From Squalus acanthias (taxonomy: Eukaryota), in the NCBI GenBank assembly GCA_030390025.1, contig CM059432.1, forward strand, positions 96,722,001-96,786,000: 64,000 bases of DNA, given 5' to 3'. The notes below the pieces were generated by a model that was not told where the DNA came from, made no database searches, and saw nothing but the letters and a program-made list of their open reading frames with translations. Shown in pieces: positions 12,594 through 26,076 of the stretch. The number at the start of each line of letters is the position of its first letter. Positions within the stretch are counted from its first letter, which is position 1. A program made the translations under genes and the position numbers.

Positions 12594-15500
12594 GGAAAAA
12601 GTTAGAGATGTAACAGGTTTTAAGCATGTACAGAAGCAGGGAAAGGGAGTAGGGAGGAAAGAACAAAAGGGACGGTCTGTGATAGCGTGGAAGGCAGGAA
12701 AGATTAACTGACAAAAGGGATGATGGTGCAAGGCAAAAGGGTTGGTAATGGGACAAGTAAAGAAGCAAAAGATGAGTCTAGAGGAGGTGTAAATAAGAGT
12801 AGCAGAATCATTACCAAGATCTGCTGTCCGAAAAAATGGAAGCAGTGGTTATGATCTGAAATTGTTGAACTCTATGTTGAGTCCGGAAGGCTGTAAAGTG
12901 CCTAATCGAAAGATGAGGTGCTATTCCTCAGCTTACATTGAACTTCATTGGAGCAGTGTCAGAGGCCAAGGACAGAAAGGTCAGAGTGGCAGGGGGGCAG
13001 GGAATTAAAATGACAGGTGACCGGAAGCTTGGGGTCACACTTGTGGACTGAACAGAGGTGTTCCGCAAAGCGGTCACCCAATCTGTGTTTGGTTTTCCCA
13101 ATATAGAGGAGACCACATCGTGAGCACCGAATACAGTTTACTAAATTGAAAGAAGTACAAGTAAATTGTTGCTTTACCTGGAAGGAGCCCTGGATGGTGG
13201 AAGGGAGGAGGTAAAAGGGCAGGTGTTGCATCTCCTGGGAAGGTGCCGTGAGAAGGGAAGTGGGTGATTGAGGAGTAGACCAGAGTGTCGTGGAAGGAAC
13301 AGTCCCTTTGGAATGCTGAAAGGGGAGGGGAAGATGTGTTTGGTGGTGGCACAAGGCTGTATGTGGCGGGAATGGCAGCGGATGATCCATTGAATGTGGA
13401 GGCTGGTGGGGTGAAAGATGAGGACAAGGAGAACCCTATCGTGGTTCTGGGAGGGAAGGGAAGGGGTGAGAGCAGAAGTGCGGGAAATGGGACAGACACG
13501 GTCGAGGACCATGTCAACCACAGTAGAGGGGAATCCTCAGTTGAGGAAAAAGGAAGACATATCGGAAGCACTGGTATGGAAGGTGGCATCATCAGAACAA
13601 ATGAGATGGAGAAACTGGGAGAATGGAATAGAGTCCTTACAGGAAGCGGTTTTGGAGGAAGTTTAGTCATGTAGCTGTGGGAGTCAGTGGGCTTATAGTG
13701 GATATTGGCCAACAGCCTATCCCCAGAAGTGGAGATAGAGAAGCTAAGGAGGGGAAGGGAAGAGTCGGAGATGGACCATGTGAAGGCGAGGGAAGGGTGG
13801 AAATTGGAAGGAAAGATGATGACATTTTCCAGTTTGGAGTGAAGGCAGGAAACATCACCAATACAGTCATCAATGCACCAGAAAAAGAGGTGAGGGAGGG
13901 GATCTGAGTAGTACTGGAACAAAGAATGTGCCACATATCCCACAAAAAGGCAGGCATAGCTAGGAGCCATATGAGTTCCCGTAGCAACACAATTTATTTG
14001 GAGGAAGTGAGTGGAGTCAAAGGAGAAATCCTTCAATGTGAGAACAAGTTTAGCCAGGCAGAGGAGGGTGGTAGTGGATGGCGACTGGTTGGGCACCTGT
14101 TCAATGAAGAAGGTGGAGGGCCCTCAGGCTGTCATGGTAGGGGATGGAAATGTAGAGGGATTGGACGTCCATGGTGTAAAGGAGATGGTTGGGGCCAGGA
14201 CACTGGAAACTGTTAAACTGGTGGAAGCCGTTGGAAGAGTCGCGGATATAAGTGGGAAGAGAATGGACAAGGGGAGGAAAATAGATTCGAGATAGGAAGA
14301 AATCAGTTCCATGGGGCAAGACTAGGCTGAAACGATGGGTCTACCAGGGTAGCCCTGTTTGTGCATCGTGGAAGGAGGTAGGAGCGGGCTGTGCTGGGTT
14401 GGGGACTATGAGGTTTGGGGCCATTGAGGGAAGATCTCCAGAGGAAATGAGGTCAGTGACAGTCTGGGAAACGATGGCTTGATGTTCAGTGGTGGGGTCA
14501 TGGTCCATGGGGAGGTAGGAGGAGGTGTCAGAGAGTTGGCGTTCAGTCTCCGCAAGGTAGAGGTCGGTTCGACAAACAACAATAGCGCCACGCTTGGCAG
14601 CACGTTTAATGACAATGTTAGGGTTGGACCTGAGAGAACGGAATGCTGCAAGTTCAGAGGGAGATAGGTTAGAGTGAGTGAGCGGAGTAGAAAAATTGAG
14701 ACGGCCGATGTCACGTCGGTAGTCTTAACAACAGCAACTTGTATTTATATAGTGCCTTTAACATAGTAAAATGTCCCAAGGCGCTTCACAGGAGTGTTAT
14801 AAGACAAATATTTGACACCGGGCCACGTAAGAAGAAATTAGGGCAGATGACCAAAAGCTTGGTCAAAGAGGTAGGTTTTAAGGAGTGTCTTAAAGGAGAG
14901 AAGAGGTAGAGAGGTTTAGGGAGGGAGTTCTAGAGCTTAGGCCTAGGCAGCAGAAGGCACGGCCACCGATGGTTGAGCAATTATAATCAGGGATGCTCAA
15001 GAGGGCAGAATTTGAGAAGCGCTGATATCTCGGGGGGGTTGTGGAGCTGAAGGAGATTACAGAGATAGGGAGGGGTGAGACCATGGAGGGATTTGAAAAC
15101 AAGGATGAGAATTTTGAAATCGAGGCCTTGGTAACCGGCAGCCAATGTAGGTCAGCAAGCACAGAAGTGAAGGGTGAACGGGACTTGGTGCGAGTTAGGA
15201 CACGGGCAGCCGAGTTTTGGATGACCTCAAGTTTATGTAGGGTAGAATGTGGGAGGCCAGCCAGGAGTGCGTTGGAATAGTCAAGTCTAGAGGTAACAAA
15301 GGCATGGATGAGGGTTTCAGCAGCAGATGAGCTGAGGCAAGGGCGGAGACAGGCAATGTTACAGAGGTGGAAATAGACGATCTTAGTTATGTCGCTGATA
15401 TGTGGTCGGAAGCTCATTTCAGGGTCAAATATGACACCAAGGTTGCACACAGTCTGGTTCAGCCTCAGACAGATGTTAGGGTGAGGGATGGAGTTGGTGG

Positions 15501-16635
15501 CTTGGGAACGGAGTTTGTGGTGGAGACTGAAGACAATGGCTTCGGTCTTCCCAATATTTAATTGAGAAAATTTCTGCTCATCCAGAACTGTATGTCGGAC
15601 AAGCAGTCTGCCAATTTAGAGACCGTGGAGGGGTTGAGAGAAGTGGTGCTGAGGTAGAGCTGGGTGTCGTCAGCGTACATGTGGAAACTGATGCCGTGTT
15701 TTCGGATGATGTCGCCAAGGGGCAGCATATAGATGAAAAATAGGAGGGGGCCAAGGATAGATCCTTGGGGGACCCCAGAGGTAATGATGTGGGAGTGGGA
15801 AGAGAAGCCATTGCAGGTGATTTTCTGGCTACGAATAGATAGATAAGAATGGAACCAGGCGAGCTCAGTCCCACTCAGCTGGACGATGGTGGAGAGGATT
15901 TGGAGGAGGATGCAGTTCTGGTCACCACATTACAGGAAGGATGTGATTGCACTCGAGGGGGTGCAGAGGAGATTTACGAGGATGTTGCCTGGGCTGGGGA
16001 ATTTTAGCTATGAGGAAAGATTGGATAGGCTGGGGTTGTTTTCTTTGGAACAGAGGAGGCTGAGGGGGGACCTAATTGAGGTGTATAAAGTAATGAGGGG
16101 CCTAGATAGAGTGGATAGGAAGGACCTATTTCCCTTAGCAGAAGGGTCAATACCAGGGGGCATAGATTTAAAGGGGGAAAAATTTGGTTACTTTGCGCCT
16201 CCCGTTAGCGCCCTAAGAGGGCGCTAATGAGGCGCAAAGCAACTAGCGCCCGGGCACGGCGATGTTTGCACCGCTCGAGAAATTGACTAGAGTTTTTGCG
16301 GAGTCACAAAAGTCTACCGCCCCGATCTCCTGCGCCCGCAGATTGTGACGTCAGTCGAGCGTGTAACGCCCCAGTGGCACCCCGGACCAGATATTAAGTG
16401 GCGTCCCCCTCCTTTCCGCCTGCCGCAAGCAACGACAGGGAGACTGGAATGTTTACCAGTCTGTGAGGGGCTGGGGGGGGGGCGCTATTTAAAGGCGCCC
16501 TCTTCCTGCCTTTTTTTGTGGTCGACATTTTTGCACCGCTCATTCTGACAGAGAGAGAGATTCTGAGAGAGAGAGTTAGAGACTTCTGCATAGAGTCAAC
16601 GCTGTGTGAAGTAGTTTTGGCTACTGAGCATCACT

Positions 16636-17721
16636 TTGCAGAATCGAAGGCAACAGAGACGCAGAGAGAGAGTGGCAAACAGGCCTCTCCACAGGAGACC
16701 TTACCCTCCCAGGGTATTCCGGGAACAATTCTCCTACATTAATTTGTCTGAGGAGCAGTGTTTGCGCAGGCTGCGCTTCAGCAAGGAAGTGGTCACTGAG
16801 CTCTGCCACCTGCTACAGCCAGATCTGCAGCGTCAACTGAGGACCAGGACGTCTCTATCGGTGGCTGTGAAGGTCACAGTGGCTCTGAATTTTTATGCCA
16901 CCGGCTCCTTTCAAGCAGCTCCTGGGGACATCGCCAATATCTCCCAGTTCGCGGTCCATTGCTGTATCCAGCAGGTCACAAATGCCCTCTATAAAAGGAG
17001 ACGCCAGTACATCTCTTTCCCGATGACCCGGGCCAAACAGCATGAACGCGCATTGGGCTTTGCGAGGATAGCGGGCTTCCCCATGGTGCAGGGTGGCATT
17101 GACTGCACGCATGTGGCATTGCGGGCACTGCATGAGAATGCAGAGGTTTTCCGAAACCGCAAGGGGTTCCACTCCTCAAACGTCCAGTTGGTCTGTGACC
17201 ACAAACAGCTGATACTCGCTGTCAATGCCCGCTATCCTGGCAGCAGCCACGATGCTTTCATCCTGTGCCAGACTGGTGTGGCAGACCTTTTCCAGGCACC
17301 GCATCAGCCAAGTGGTTGGCTCCTCGGGGACAAGGGTTAGCCACTCTGCACCTGGCTGATGACACCGCTCCGTAACCCCAAGACCCCTGCTGAGCTGCGG
17401 TACAATGAGAGCCATTTTGCTACCAGGAAGATCATTGAGCAGACGATCGGCGTGCTCAAGCAACGGTTCCGCTGTCTGGACCACTCAGGAGGAGCCCTGC
17501 AGTACTCACCTGAGTGACTCTCCCTCTTCATAGTTGTTTGCTGCATGCTGCATAACCTGGCAATCCTCAGGACCCAGCCAATGCCACCAGGCCTTGGTGC
17601 ACCACCGGAGGAGGAGGAAGAGGAGGAGGATGATCAGCAGTCGCACCAAGGCGGGAGGGAGGCCCACCATGTTGAAACTGCAAAGGCCGTCTGTCAATGA
17701 CTGATAACAAGCCGCTTCTAG
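16636..17721 (+). pseudogene. HARBI1-like Harbinger DDE transposase, disabled
   Basis: Motifs LSEEQCLRRLRF, GGIDCTHV, YPGSSHDAFIL, WLLGDKG and IEQTIGVLKQRFRCL; in-frame stops at 17338, 17515 and 17698; no obvious ATG. Confidence 0.92.
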
Positions 17722-18047
17722 GCCCCTACTCAGGAAATGGCTTCTGGCATGGAGAACAACATGATTGGAAACAACATGATGGAAAGCAACCCGCAACCCC
17801 AAAGCAGGCCAAGGCAGCAATGATTCCAAAGGCCAAACATGTACATTTTGAATACAAAAACTTTTTTATTTTACAAACTCTGTGTGTATCATTTCTTCAT
17901 GACAAACTAATAGAAACAAACACAAAACATCATTAATTAACATAACTGGTTCTCACAACCTGGAGATAATGGCCAAAACACTAAACAAAAGTTATTACAC
18001 GAACCTCTGCCTTTAATAAAAACATTCCCAACATTTTGTCAGACCTC

Positions 18048-19813
18048 CTACTTTTTGCCCTTCGAGGGTGATCTCCATCCCCTGCGCACTTCCCCCCTTG
18101 CCACCCTACTGCTCCTCCGTAATGGGGCCCCAGCGGCTGCAGCAAGGCTGGTGGAAGGCCGCTGAATGTCAGAACCTGAGACTACAGATGCCCTTGAAGG
18201 ACGGCCTCGTCCAGCTCTGGGCCTGGAGGGCCCAGCTGCAGACTGCACCAACTCTGCATGGGTGGCAGCAGTCTGGGCTACAGGAGGTGGCAAGTGCAAT
18301 GGGGAAGTGACAGTGGTGGCAGCAGGAATGCTGTCATCTTGCGAGAGGACAGCACCTCCCTGCTCGACTGACACACTGGCACTCCCACGGGGCAGCACCT
18401 CAGCATCCGGAGCAATCTGCTGGAGCACAGATTGCTGGCCTGTTCCGGCGCGGTGAGAGCCCCGGGGAAATGCGTCTGAACCAGCGACGATGGCAGCAGT
18501 CAGTGCTTGCGTGGCCTCAATCTGAGAATGCATGAGACCAGTCTGAATTTGGATCACGGCAGCCAGTGACTGAATAGCAACACTAAGCATTTGCGTGGCA
18601 GCCGCCTGTGTTACAGCGAAGTGCTCCACACTCCTTGCCAGTGCATCAATTCTTTCGGGCACCCTTCCCACTACACCCATGAGCTGAGTGTGCATGTCCA
18701 CCGCCTGGGTGTTCATTTCAGCGATGAGCCGCTCCTCCTCTGCGTCCAGTGCAGCAGGACTCGCTGGCCTACTCTGCCTCCGGGGAGAAGGCCCCCGACC
18801 TTCCCTAGCCACATCGCGTTGCTGCAGCCCGCTGGGTCCCGGAGCTTCACCCTCATCAGACCCTTCACCCCTGCTCCCCTCCAGGGAAGATGTGATCCCA
18901 GTGTGGGCATGGACTTCCTCGGGAGAGGGTGGCGCTGAGGCTCCAGCTTCCTCTTCCTCCTCGCCTGCGGCTTCACTCCCACTGGCAGCTTGAGGGCCCG
19001 TCTCCTCAGCTGGTGAATCACCATCTGAAAGCAGGGAGGTACAAGAGTGACTTTAGCGTGAGGACAGGGGGGCAGTAAGGGAGGAAGGAGTGCAGTGATT
19101 TAGTAAGTTGGATTGAAAGTGTAAAAGGCTGGTGTTGTGAGGGACAAGTGGAATGAGAGAGGAGAGAAAGCTGATGACCTTACCATTGCTGTCCTGAACG
19201 GGGCCGACCTCTCCAGGGGCGACGGGACCGATCACCTGGCTTGCCACAATCCTGTGGACGCGCGCCTCAAGATCGCTGAGGGGTTGCAGCTGAGGCCGCC
19301 CTCCACCCGTCCGTTGCTGCTGTCTCCTGTTATGAGATAGCTTGGCCTGAAAGAAAAAGGACGGCGTTTGAGTAAATATACAGCCATGGTGTTGCCTGAT
19401 GTGCCTCCCATAGTTGAATAGCCCTTACTGTATGCAAGGTATGGAATGTGCGTGTGTGTTTTATGAGGGGGCCATAGGTGTTGGATGAATGTTGGGCATT
19501 GGGGTTTTAAAACCCTCTGGCCATAGAGTGAGGTTGAGATGGAGGGATGGAGGGGTATTGAAAAACAACCACTCACCCTGATGACCCGAGTGAGGTCGTT
19601 GAACTTTTTGCGACATTGTATATGGGTCCTGGGCACCATGCTCCTGGAGGAGACGTGCTGAGCCACCTCCCTCCACACTCTTCTGTAGTCGCGCGGCAAA
19701 GGCCTCCTGCCACTCTCAGGGAAGAGTATAGATCTTCTGCGCTCCACTGCGCCAACCAGAGCCTCCAAGGCCCGCTCACTGAAGCGCTGAGCTCGTTCTC
19801 TCACCCTCTCCAT
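18048..19813 (-). CDS. Harbinger Myb/SANT-like DNA-binding protein; exons 19813-19577, 19346-19184, 19024-18048; 458 aa, frame open
   Basis: Exon 1 RAQRFSERALEALVGAVERRRSILF...WREVAQHV...RTHIQCRKKFNDL. Donors GTGAGT and GTAAGG, acceptors TTTCAG. Exon lengths 237+163+977=1377 nt with no internal stop. Confidence 0.82.
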
Positions 19814-22800
19814 AGTCCTTGGCTGGAAAATTTAGGCACAGGTCTCTCCAGGCTGAGATTCAAGGCTCCGATGAGCAGGGTGTGGCTGGAGAGCAAGATC
19901 GACCCTCCCCTTTAAGAACTGTCCGGCGCTAGTGTGTCTGTGTTCCATCGCTAACTGACATCACCTGCGCTGCGCCCGCGCTCTGAGTTAGCGCCTCGCT
20001 CCTCGGCCTTTGAGCCTTCAGACAGGTGTGCAGCGCCTGATTTAACACTCCAATCACCTCCAGGGGGCGATAAAAGCTAAGTTTGCAGTCGGAGGCGATA
20101 ATTAGCGGCAGGCGCTAAACTTTACGCCTGGCCAATAATTGCGCTCCAAACGGGGCGATACCGAATTTCTCCCCCAAAGTAATTACTCGGAAGTTTAGAG
20201 GGGATTTGAGGAGAATTTTTTCACTCAGTGGATGGTGGCGGTCTGGAACTCACTTCCTGAAAGGGTGGTAGAGACAGAGACCCTCATCACATTTAAAAAG
20301 TACTTGGATATGCACTTGAAGTGCCATAACCTGCAAGGCTACGGACCAAGTGCTGGAAAGTGGGATTAGGGTGGATAGCTCTTTGTCGGCCGGCACGGAC
20401 AAGATGGGCTGAATGGCCTCTTTCTGTGCTGTAAATTTCTATGATTCTATGATGGAGTCGTCACCCATGACAAAGGCTACATACAGGTCGAGAAGGATGA
20501 GGAGGGATAGTTTACCTTTGTCACAGTCACAAAGGATGTCATTTGTGACTTTGGTAAGAGCCGTTTCGGTACTGTGGCAAGGGCGGAAACCAGATTGGAG
20601 GGATTCAAACATGGAGTTCCGGGAAAGATGGGCAAGCATTTGGGAGGTGACAACACGGTCAAGGACTTTGGAGAAGAAAGGGAGGTTAGAGATGGGCCGG
20701 TAGTTTGCAAGGACAGAGGGGTCAAGGGTTATTTTTTTTTAAGGAGAGGGTGATGACAGCAGATTTGAAGGAGAGGGGGACAGTACCTGAGGAGAGCAAA
20801 CCGTTAACAGTGTCAGCTAACATGGGAGCCAGAAAAGGAAGTTGGTTGGTCAGCAGTTTAGTGGGAATAGGGTCGAGTGGGTCTCATGGACAAGATGAAT
20901 GTGGAGAGGTCAAGAGGGGAGATCGGAGAGAAATTGGAGAATGATGTGAGTTCAGGGCTAGGGCGGGGGGAACCTTAGAGGAAGCTTGACCCGGTGGGCT
21001 AGGGGAAGGAAGGGAAGTGGCAGAGGCAGCTGATCGTATGGTCTCAATCTTGGAAACAAAGAAGTCCATGAGCTCCTCGCACTTGTTGGAGGTGAGTGTG
21101 GAGGAGACAGGGGAGAGGGGTTTAAGAAGGTGGTTAGCAGTAGAGAATTGTAGCCGGGGGTTATTTTTGCATTCCAGAATGTTCCTGGAATAGTGAGCAG
21201 TTTTGGCAAACAAGAGTAGGACCCAATAATGCTTTATGTGGTCCAGCCACATCTGGCGGTGAATGAAAAGATCTAGCGAAGGGTAAGAGGCCAGAGGGAG
21301 GGGTCCAGGTGGAACGAGAATTCTGAAGAAGGGAGAAAGGGTTCTCTGTGCGCAGGGAAGACTCCTGGCCGAAGAAGTGGGCACGGAGGCAAAGGCGACG
21401 GGAGAAGAGCTCAGCGTCGTGCCGAGCTCAAAATTTGTTGGGAGTGTAAGGGAATGAAGCAAAGGCCTTTGCTGAGGACTGCTCATTCGAGGTGAGAGAG
21501 GGGACGGTCAGAGAGAATAGTGAAAACACAGCAAAGGGTGAGATTGGAAGGAGGGATAGGTTCAGAGGAAAGTGAAGGGGAAGAAGCTTCCAGAAGGGCA
21601 TTGAGGTTAAAGGAAATGCTTTCATCTTCAACATAAAGATACTCAGCTTGACCACTGCACATAGTTAAAGGAATAGGGCAAACTGTATTGTGAGCACATA
21701 TAAAATGCTATAATCCTAGGCATAGTGAGGGATCTCTATCAAATCACTTGAAAACAATAATGGAGTTTGGACTTCACAGTTAAACATTGTCAGTGAAGAA
21801 TTTAGTGCTTATTCTTTCCTTCCTCTTGTTTATCTTTCACATCTTATTTATGTGGCACATTTGCAGTGAATCTTGATTCTTCCTAGAAAGCTTCTCCTTG
21901 TGACATAAACGTATAATGTTCCCCCAAATTTAAAACTATACATGGCAAAGTTTTGGCAGGAACACACATACACAAGAATAGTGCTGTGCAGCTGCTTACC
22001 AGAATATTCAGCTGTGCCTATTTAACCGATATTTAACCGATCATTGGTGACCATACAAATCACTCTCACTGCTGGTCTCACTTCAAGCCTTCAATCGCTA
22101 AAGAAGGTAGCACTGAAAACTGGGCCCTAAGATGTATGTACATCACATTAGTGATGTCATCATGCATGTTGCATGATATATATGCAGTTTGTGATGCACA
22201 TTATGCATATCATGCAACATGGGTAATCATGTACATTTGAAGGGCCAATTTTCAATCGGAACATTAGGAAGAATTCAGGGCTTTAATGTAAAAATCCAGG
22301 GAGAATTATATTTTACTGAATTTATGGTAGAAATCAGTAAAAACTGACTTCAATCACCTCCTATTTAAGGGACAAGTAACTTGCTGTTCTGTCCCAATCA
22401 CGACTGTCAGTGTTATATCTGCCTCTTACAGTTTTCCTGGCCTTTGTCCTTGATTGAGACTCTCACCATAACAAAGGTGCATAAACTCAGCATTATTATT
22501 AGAAGAATGAAAGGGGAAGTTAGAGGTTTTTTTTCACAGAACATATTACCAAAAGTAGCTATTGAGGCAGAGACTATAACATCTGATATGTAGATGAAAA
22601 TTAGTATGAAAGTATATGAGGAAAGGGAGGGGAATGGGATTACAGTAGCTAGCTCCAATTGAACATCCAGGAGCAACACAGGCGCAATTGGCCAAATGTC
22701 TCCTCTAGTGTAATTTCTATGATTCTACAATAACATGTCTTATCTTAGTTTATATCTTTCAATGTTACTATTGATTTGCCTAATCTTGTCTAAGGCATCT

Positions 22801-23724
22801 GTCACAAACTTGTATTTAAAATTGATCATTGTTACAACATTGCTATTTTGTTGCATAGAATGTAATGTTGACCTCTTCCATTTCTTTTTTGTTTTACTTC
22901 TCATTATTTCCATTTTGCTTGTGTTTTTCTCACATGTTGTATTGTTATATAATTCTAAATTAAAAAGTAAAAACAACAGCACAAGTAAATGACTGAAGTT
23001 ACCAGCTAAAGAGCACAGCCCCAAATTTCCTCATGACCACTGTTGTAATAGGGGGCACGTCAAGTGCAAGAGGCCTGGCAGAGCCAGAAATTTGAAGGGA
23101 CCCTGAAACACATGTCTCCGTCCAGAAGAGGCCTTTGTAAGAAATTCTGTTCCGATCTGGGGCAGTGAGAACTTTGCCCATGATGTCAGAGGAGGTGGCA
23201 CCAGCAGGAGGGTTTTCCCCACACCAGAACTCCTGTGGCTCCTATCTCTTATCTGCCCAGCGATCTGGATGAACCCGGCATCCAGGTCAGCTTAGGGACA
23301 GAAGTGGGGCACATTAGGATTTCTAGGCTGGTGTCCTGGCCTGGAAGATAGTAGAAATGCTGGCAAACAATATTCAGATAAGCCTTCTTATAAGGGCGGT
23401 TTGATAAGCTGCAAAGCTTGCACTTTTGGAGGGGAACCGGCAGTTACTTCCTTAAATGGCCATTCCCCATTCCCCTCCCATTCATCTAGCAGGCATCCAA
23501 GATGTGCCTATACTGGTGTGGGTGCCTATACTGGTGTGGGTGCCCACCATTACGATGCTAATGAGCTGATTCCGCTCTGACCCCAGATATGTTGGTAGGT
23601 TTAGCAGAGACGAGCATGCCCACTCTGCTGCATTAAGCCAGTGAGCAGGACCAAGGATTATCAGGCACTACGTATGGTTTTTCCTCCTATAAAGTGGAAT
23701 AATCCCAATAAACTCTGATAATTT

Positions 23725-24569
23725 GGGGGTGATTTTGTTAATGGGGGTGCGTTGGAGGCTGGACTGCTGCTTGGCGGGTCAATGTCCCGCCTCCATCGAT
23801 TTGTGGCCAACCCACGCTATTTTCCTTGATTGACCTTGTTAAGCCCGCCCAGCGGGTTTAGCAGGCCAATTAAGGGAAAGTCGGTTACAGAGAACGTCAG
23901 CGTATGACGTTTCATCTGTCAAAAATCTTTGGCAAATGAATTGTCATCGTTTGACAGCTCTGTGAAGCTGTCAAACACTGACATTCTCTGTAGTTTGATG
24001 AGTTCTTGAATTCAAGACCTCATCAAACCTCTTTCTTTTGCAGAAATTAGATGGTTGCTGCATTGGAGAATGCAACGGCATCTGTCATCTCTGCCGCGGA
24101 GGTGCGAGACTCTCCGCATACCCAACGATTGAAGCCTGCAGGAAGAAACAAAGGTAAGTAAACTTTTTCTAACACTTTCCACTTACCTCACATACTCACC
24201 TCTCCACACTTGCACCCATCACTCACCTCCACAGCACACTTTTAGACCCCTCCGATCCCCGCAGACCCACTGCTCGCCTCGGTGACCCTGGTGGGGTTCA
24301 GAGCCTTCGGGAAGCCCACACTTTTATGGGTAAAATGGGGATAATCCTCTTATCTGCCTGTTAACTACCTGTTAACAGGCAGTTAAGTGGCTGTAATCCC
24401 CTTCCCACCTCCAAGGAGACGGGACTCGGTGCGGGACGGCTACCCGCTTCCTGGCGAGATTGCACGGAGGTAGGTTGGGGGCGGGTTGGGCACCCGCCCC
24501 CAGATTCATCCATTTTCCCGGCAGCCCCACCTCCATACCCGCTTCCCCAGGGCTGGCAAGATCGCACCC
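23725..24569. mobile_element. Harbinger-type MITE related to family B2 ends
   Basis: TIRs GGGGGTGATTTTG / CAAGATCGCACCC, flanks TTT/TTA; shares GTTAAGCCCGCCCAGCG with 1351-1367. Confidence 0.7.
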
Positions 24570-24844
24570 TTAGTTTCACACAGTAGCGTGGCTGAAAGAT
24601 GGTGAAACTAAACAAAAATGTTAGTTAATGGCATTAAGGGATGCTACTCAGGAACAGAAACCTTTAAAACATCTGGATTTCAATTCTTGTGTTACGAAGC
24701 TCATTTTAAAATAATTTTTAAAAATGGCCCTCCTTTTCTGCCAAATTTCTCCCAAGCCTCGCCTCAATCCTCTCTTGAAAGCGTTGATTCCATGCAGGGA
24801 TGCAGCTCGACTGGCAGGCTGATCACTGCATGTATATAGAATTA

Positions 24845-25500
24845 AACAGAAGTTACAACATGAAACAGGCCATTCGGCCCAACCAGTCCGTGTCAGCATT
24901 TACCCTCCATGTGAGCAAATAGTTCTAATCACCCTGTACTCAGCGTTTCCGAAACTGTGCGGCCGCGTGGCTGCACAGCTCTCCAGCTCTCTGCCGGTTC
25001 TGCGCAGTCTGGGACCGGCTTTCTCAATGTTAAATTTTGTGCATGCACAAAACTGTGAATGGGCCGCACAGTGCCCTAAACGGGCCGCGCACCCAAAGAA
25101 AATTAGGGGGCACATTGCCTGTACCCATATTCCTTCATTCCCTTTTTCTTCATCCACCTATCTAATCTAATCATCAGTGTTGGCATTGTTTCATCTCCAC
25201 CACTAACCCTGGAAGCGAATTCCACAGCTTCACAACTCTCCATGTAAATAAGTTTCTCCTGCCCTCTGTTCTAAATCTCTTACATTTAATAATGTATCTA
25301 TGGCTCCTCATTCTAGACCCCTCAACTGCTGGAACCAGCCTGCTTCTATTTACTCTGTCCCATCCTTTCACAATTTTAAACAATTCTATCATATCGCCCC
25401 GTAAGTTGTGTTGTTCCAATAAAAAAAAAGACCCGAATTTTTCAAGTCCTTTTTCATATTTGTATTTCCCTATACCAGGGCAGCATCTTAGTGAATCAGT
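24845..25500 (-). mobile_element. CR1 3' fragment
   Basis: LRGDMIELFKIVKGWD...RNLFTWRVVKLWNSLP and the CR1 3' UTR motif GGGCCGAATGGCCTG on minus. Confidence 0.8.
24941..25117. mobile_element. hAT-type MITE inside the CR1 3' UTR
   Basis: Ends CAGCGTTTCC / GGGGGCACATTG; 8-bp TSD CCTGTACT/CCTGTACC. Confidence 0.75.
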
Positions 25501-25564
25501 CAAACCTGGTTCTGTCCTCCCCAACCACACACATACACATCCTGTAGCAGTCACTGATTCTCAG

Positions 25565-25700
25565 TAAGGAGCAGGCACCCAAGGGTGCTGAGACCAATTG
25601 TAGTGCCCCACCGTCAGCTTAGCTGAAACCAGTCAATTCAATACAGATCGAGAATTCAACCTGACACTTTCCTACTCATTGCCTTAACCAGTTGAACAAC
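25565..25700 (-). mobile_element. Possible old tRNA-derived SINE remnant
   Basis: Minus strand has a B-box-like CAGGTTGAATTC followed by GGGGCACTACAATTGGTCTCAGCACCC, which I recall resembling old vertebrate SINE bodies; not verified. Confidence 0.35.
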
Positions 25701-26076
25701 TGGTTAGATAATAAAGATGTTTATGCTCAAACTGTCATAGTCTTTAGGATTTAATATCTATCCTTAAAAATTATGGTAGGATTTAAGAAAATGACTTTTG
25801 CATAATAATTTTAAATTGTCATCTTAAATTTATGAAAGAAAACACACAAGTCATATATCGATGACAAATTCTTTTGAAAAAAAATGATCTAATGTGCTTG
25901 AAAGAAAGTATTTAGTAATGATTTAACATCATGGTAATTTATCTCTGTGTGTTTTATTTTGCAAGTAAATGAATTTCTGAGTTGAAGATAGATAGGCTAT
26001 TCTCTATACATTAAAATAACACAATATAGTACTTAAGATGCCCCACAGTTATTGCCAAATTATTTTTTCATGACAC

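Larger units (their letters stand above)
16173..20175 (+). mobile_element. PIF/Harbinger DNA transposon, family A copy 1 (4003 bp)
   Basis: TIRs GGGGGAAAAATTTGGT / ACCGAATTTCTCCCCC, TSD AAA; convergent transposase (+) and Myb/SANT (-) genes. Confidence 0.95.
15911..20452 (+). mobile_element. CR1 3' fragment split by the Harbinger at 16173-20175
   Basis: QFWSPHYRKDVIALEGVQRRFTRMLPG...RRLRGDLIEVYK; resumes at 20179 and ends in a TTCTATGATTCTATGA tail. Confidence 0.9.
14727..21261 (-). mobile_element. L2 LINE (5'-truncated ORF2), split by CR1; pieces 14727-15910 and 20453-21261
   Basis: Peptides NLGVIFDPEMSF, LIHAFVTSRLDYSNALLAGLP and QSGFRPCHSTETALTKVTNDIL; L2-type tail (ATAAATACAAGTTGCTGTTGTT on minus) at 14727-14750. 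Confidence 0.92.
12496..21560 (-). mobile_element. Penelope-like retroelement (RT + GIY-YIG), degenerate; pieces 12496-14726 and 21262 to about 21560
   Basis: GIY-YIG FTCTSFNLVNCIRCSRCGLLYIGKTKHRLGDRFAEH; RT motifs LYTMDVQSLYISIP, GTHMAPSYACLFVG and CIDD; 3' repeat with a hammerhead motif. Left end of the coding region is approximate. Confidence 0.88.

Noticed and set aside
22735..23024. Overlapping ORFs on both strands as a host exon
   Set aside because: AT-rich, low-complexity translation with no recognisable domain or convincing splice sites.
23504..23545. GTGCCTATACTGGTGTGG repeated twice
   Set aside because: Simple 18-bp tandem duplication with no spacer.
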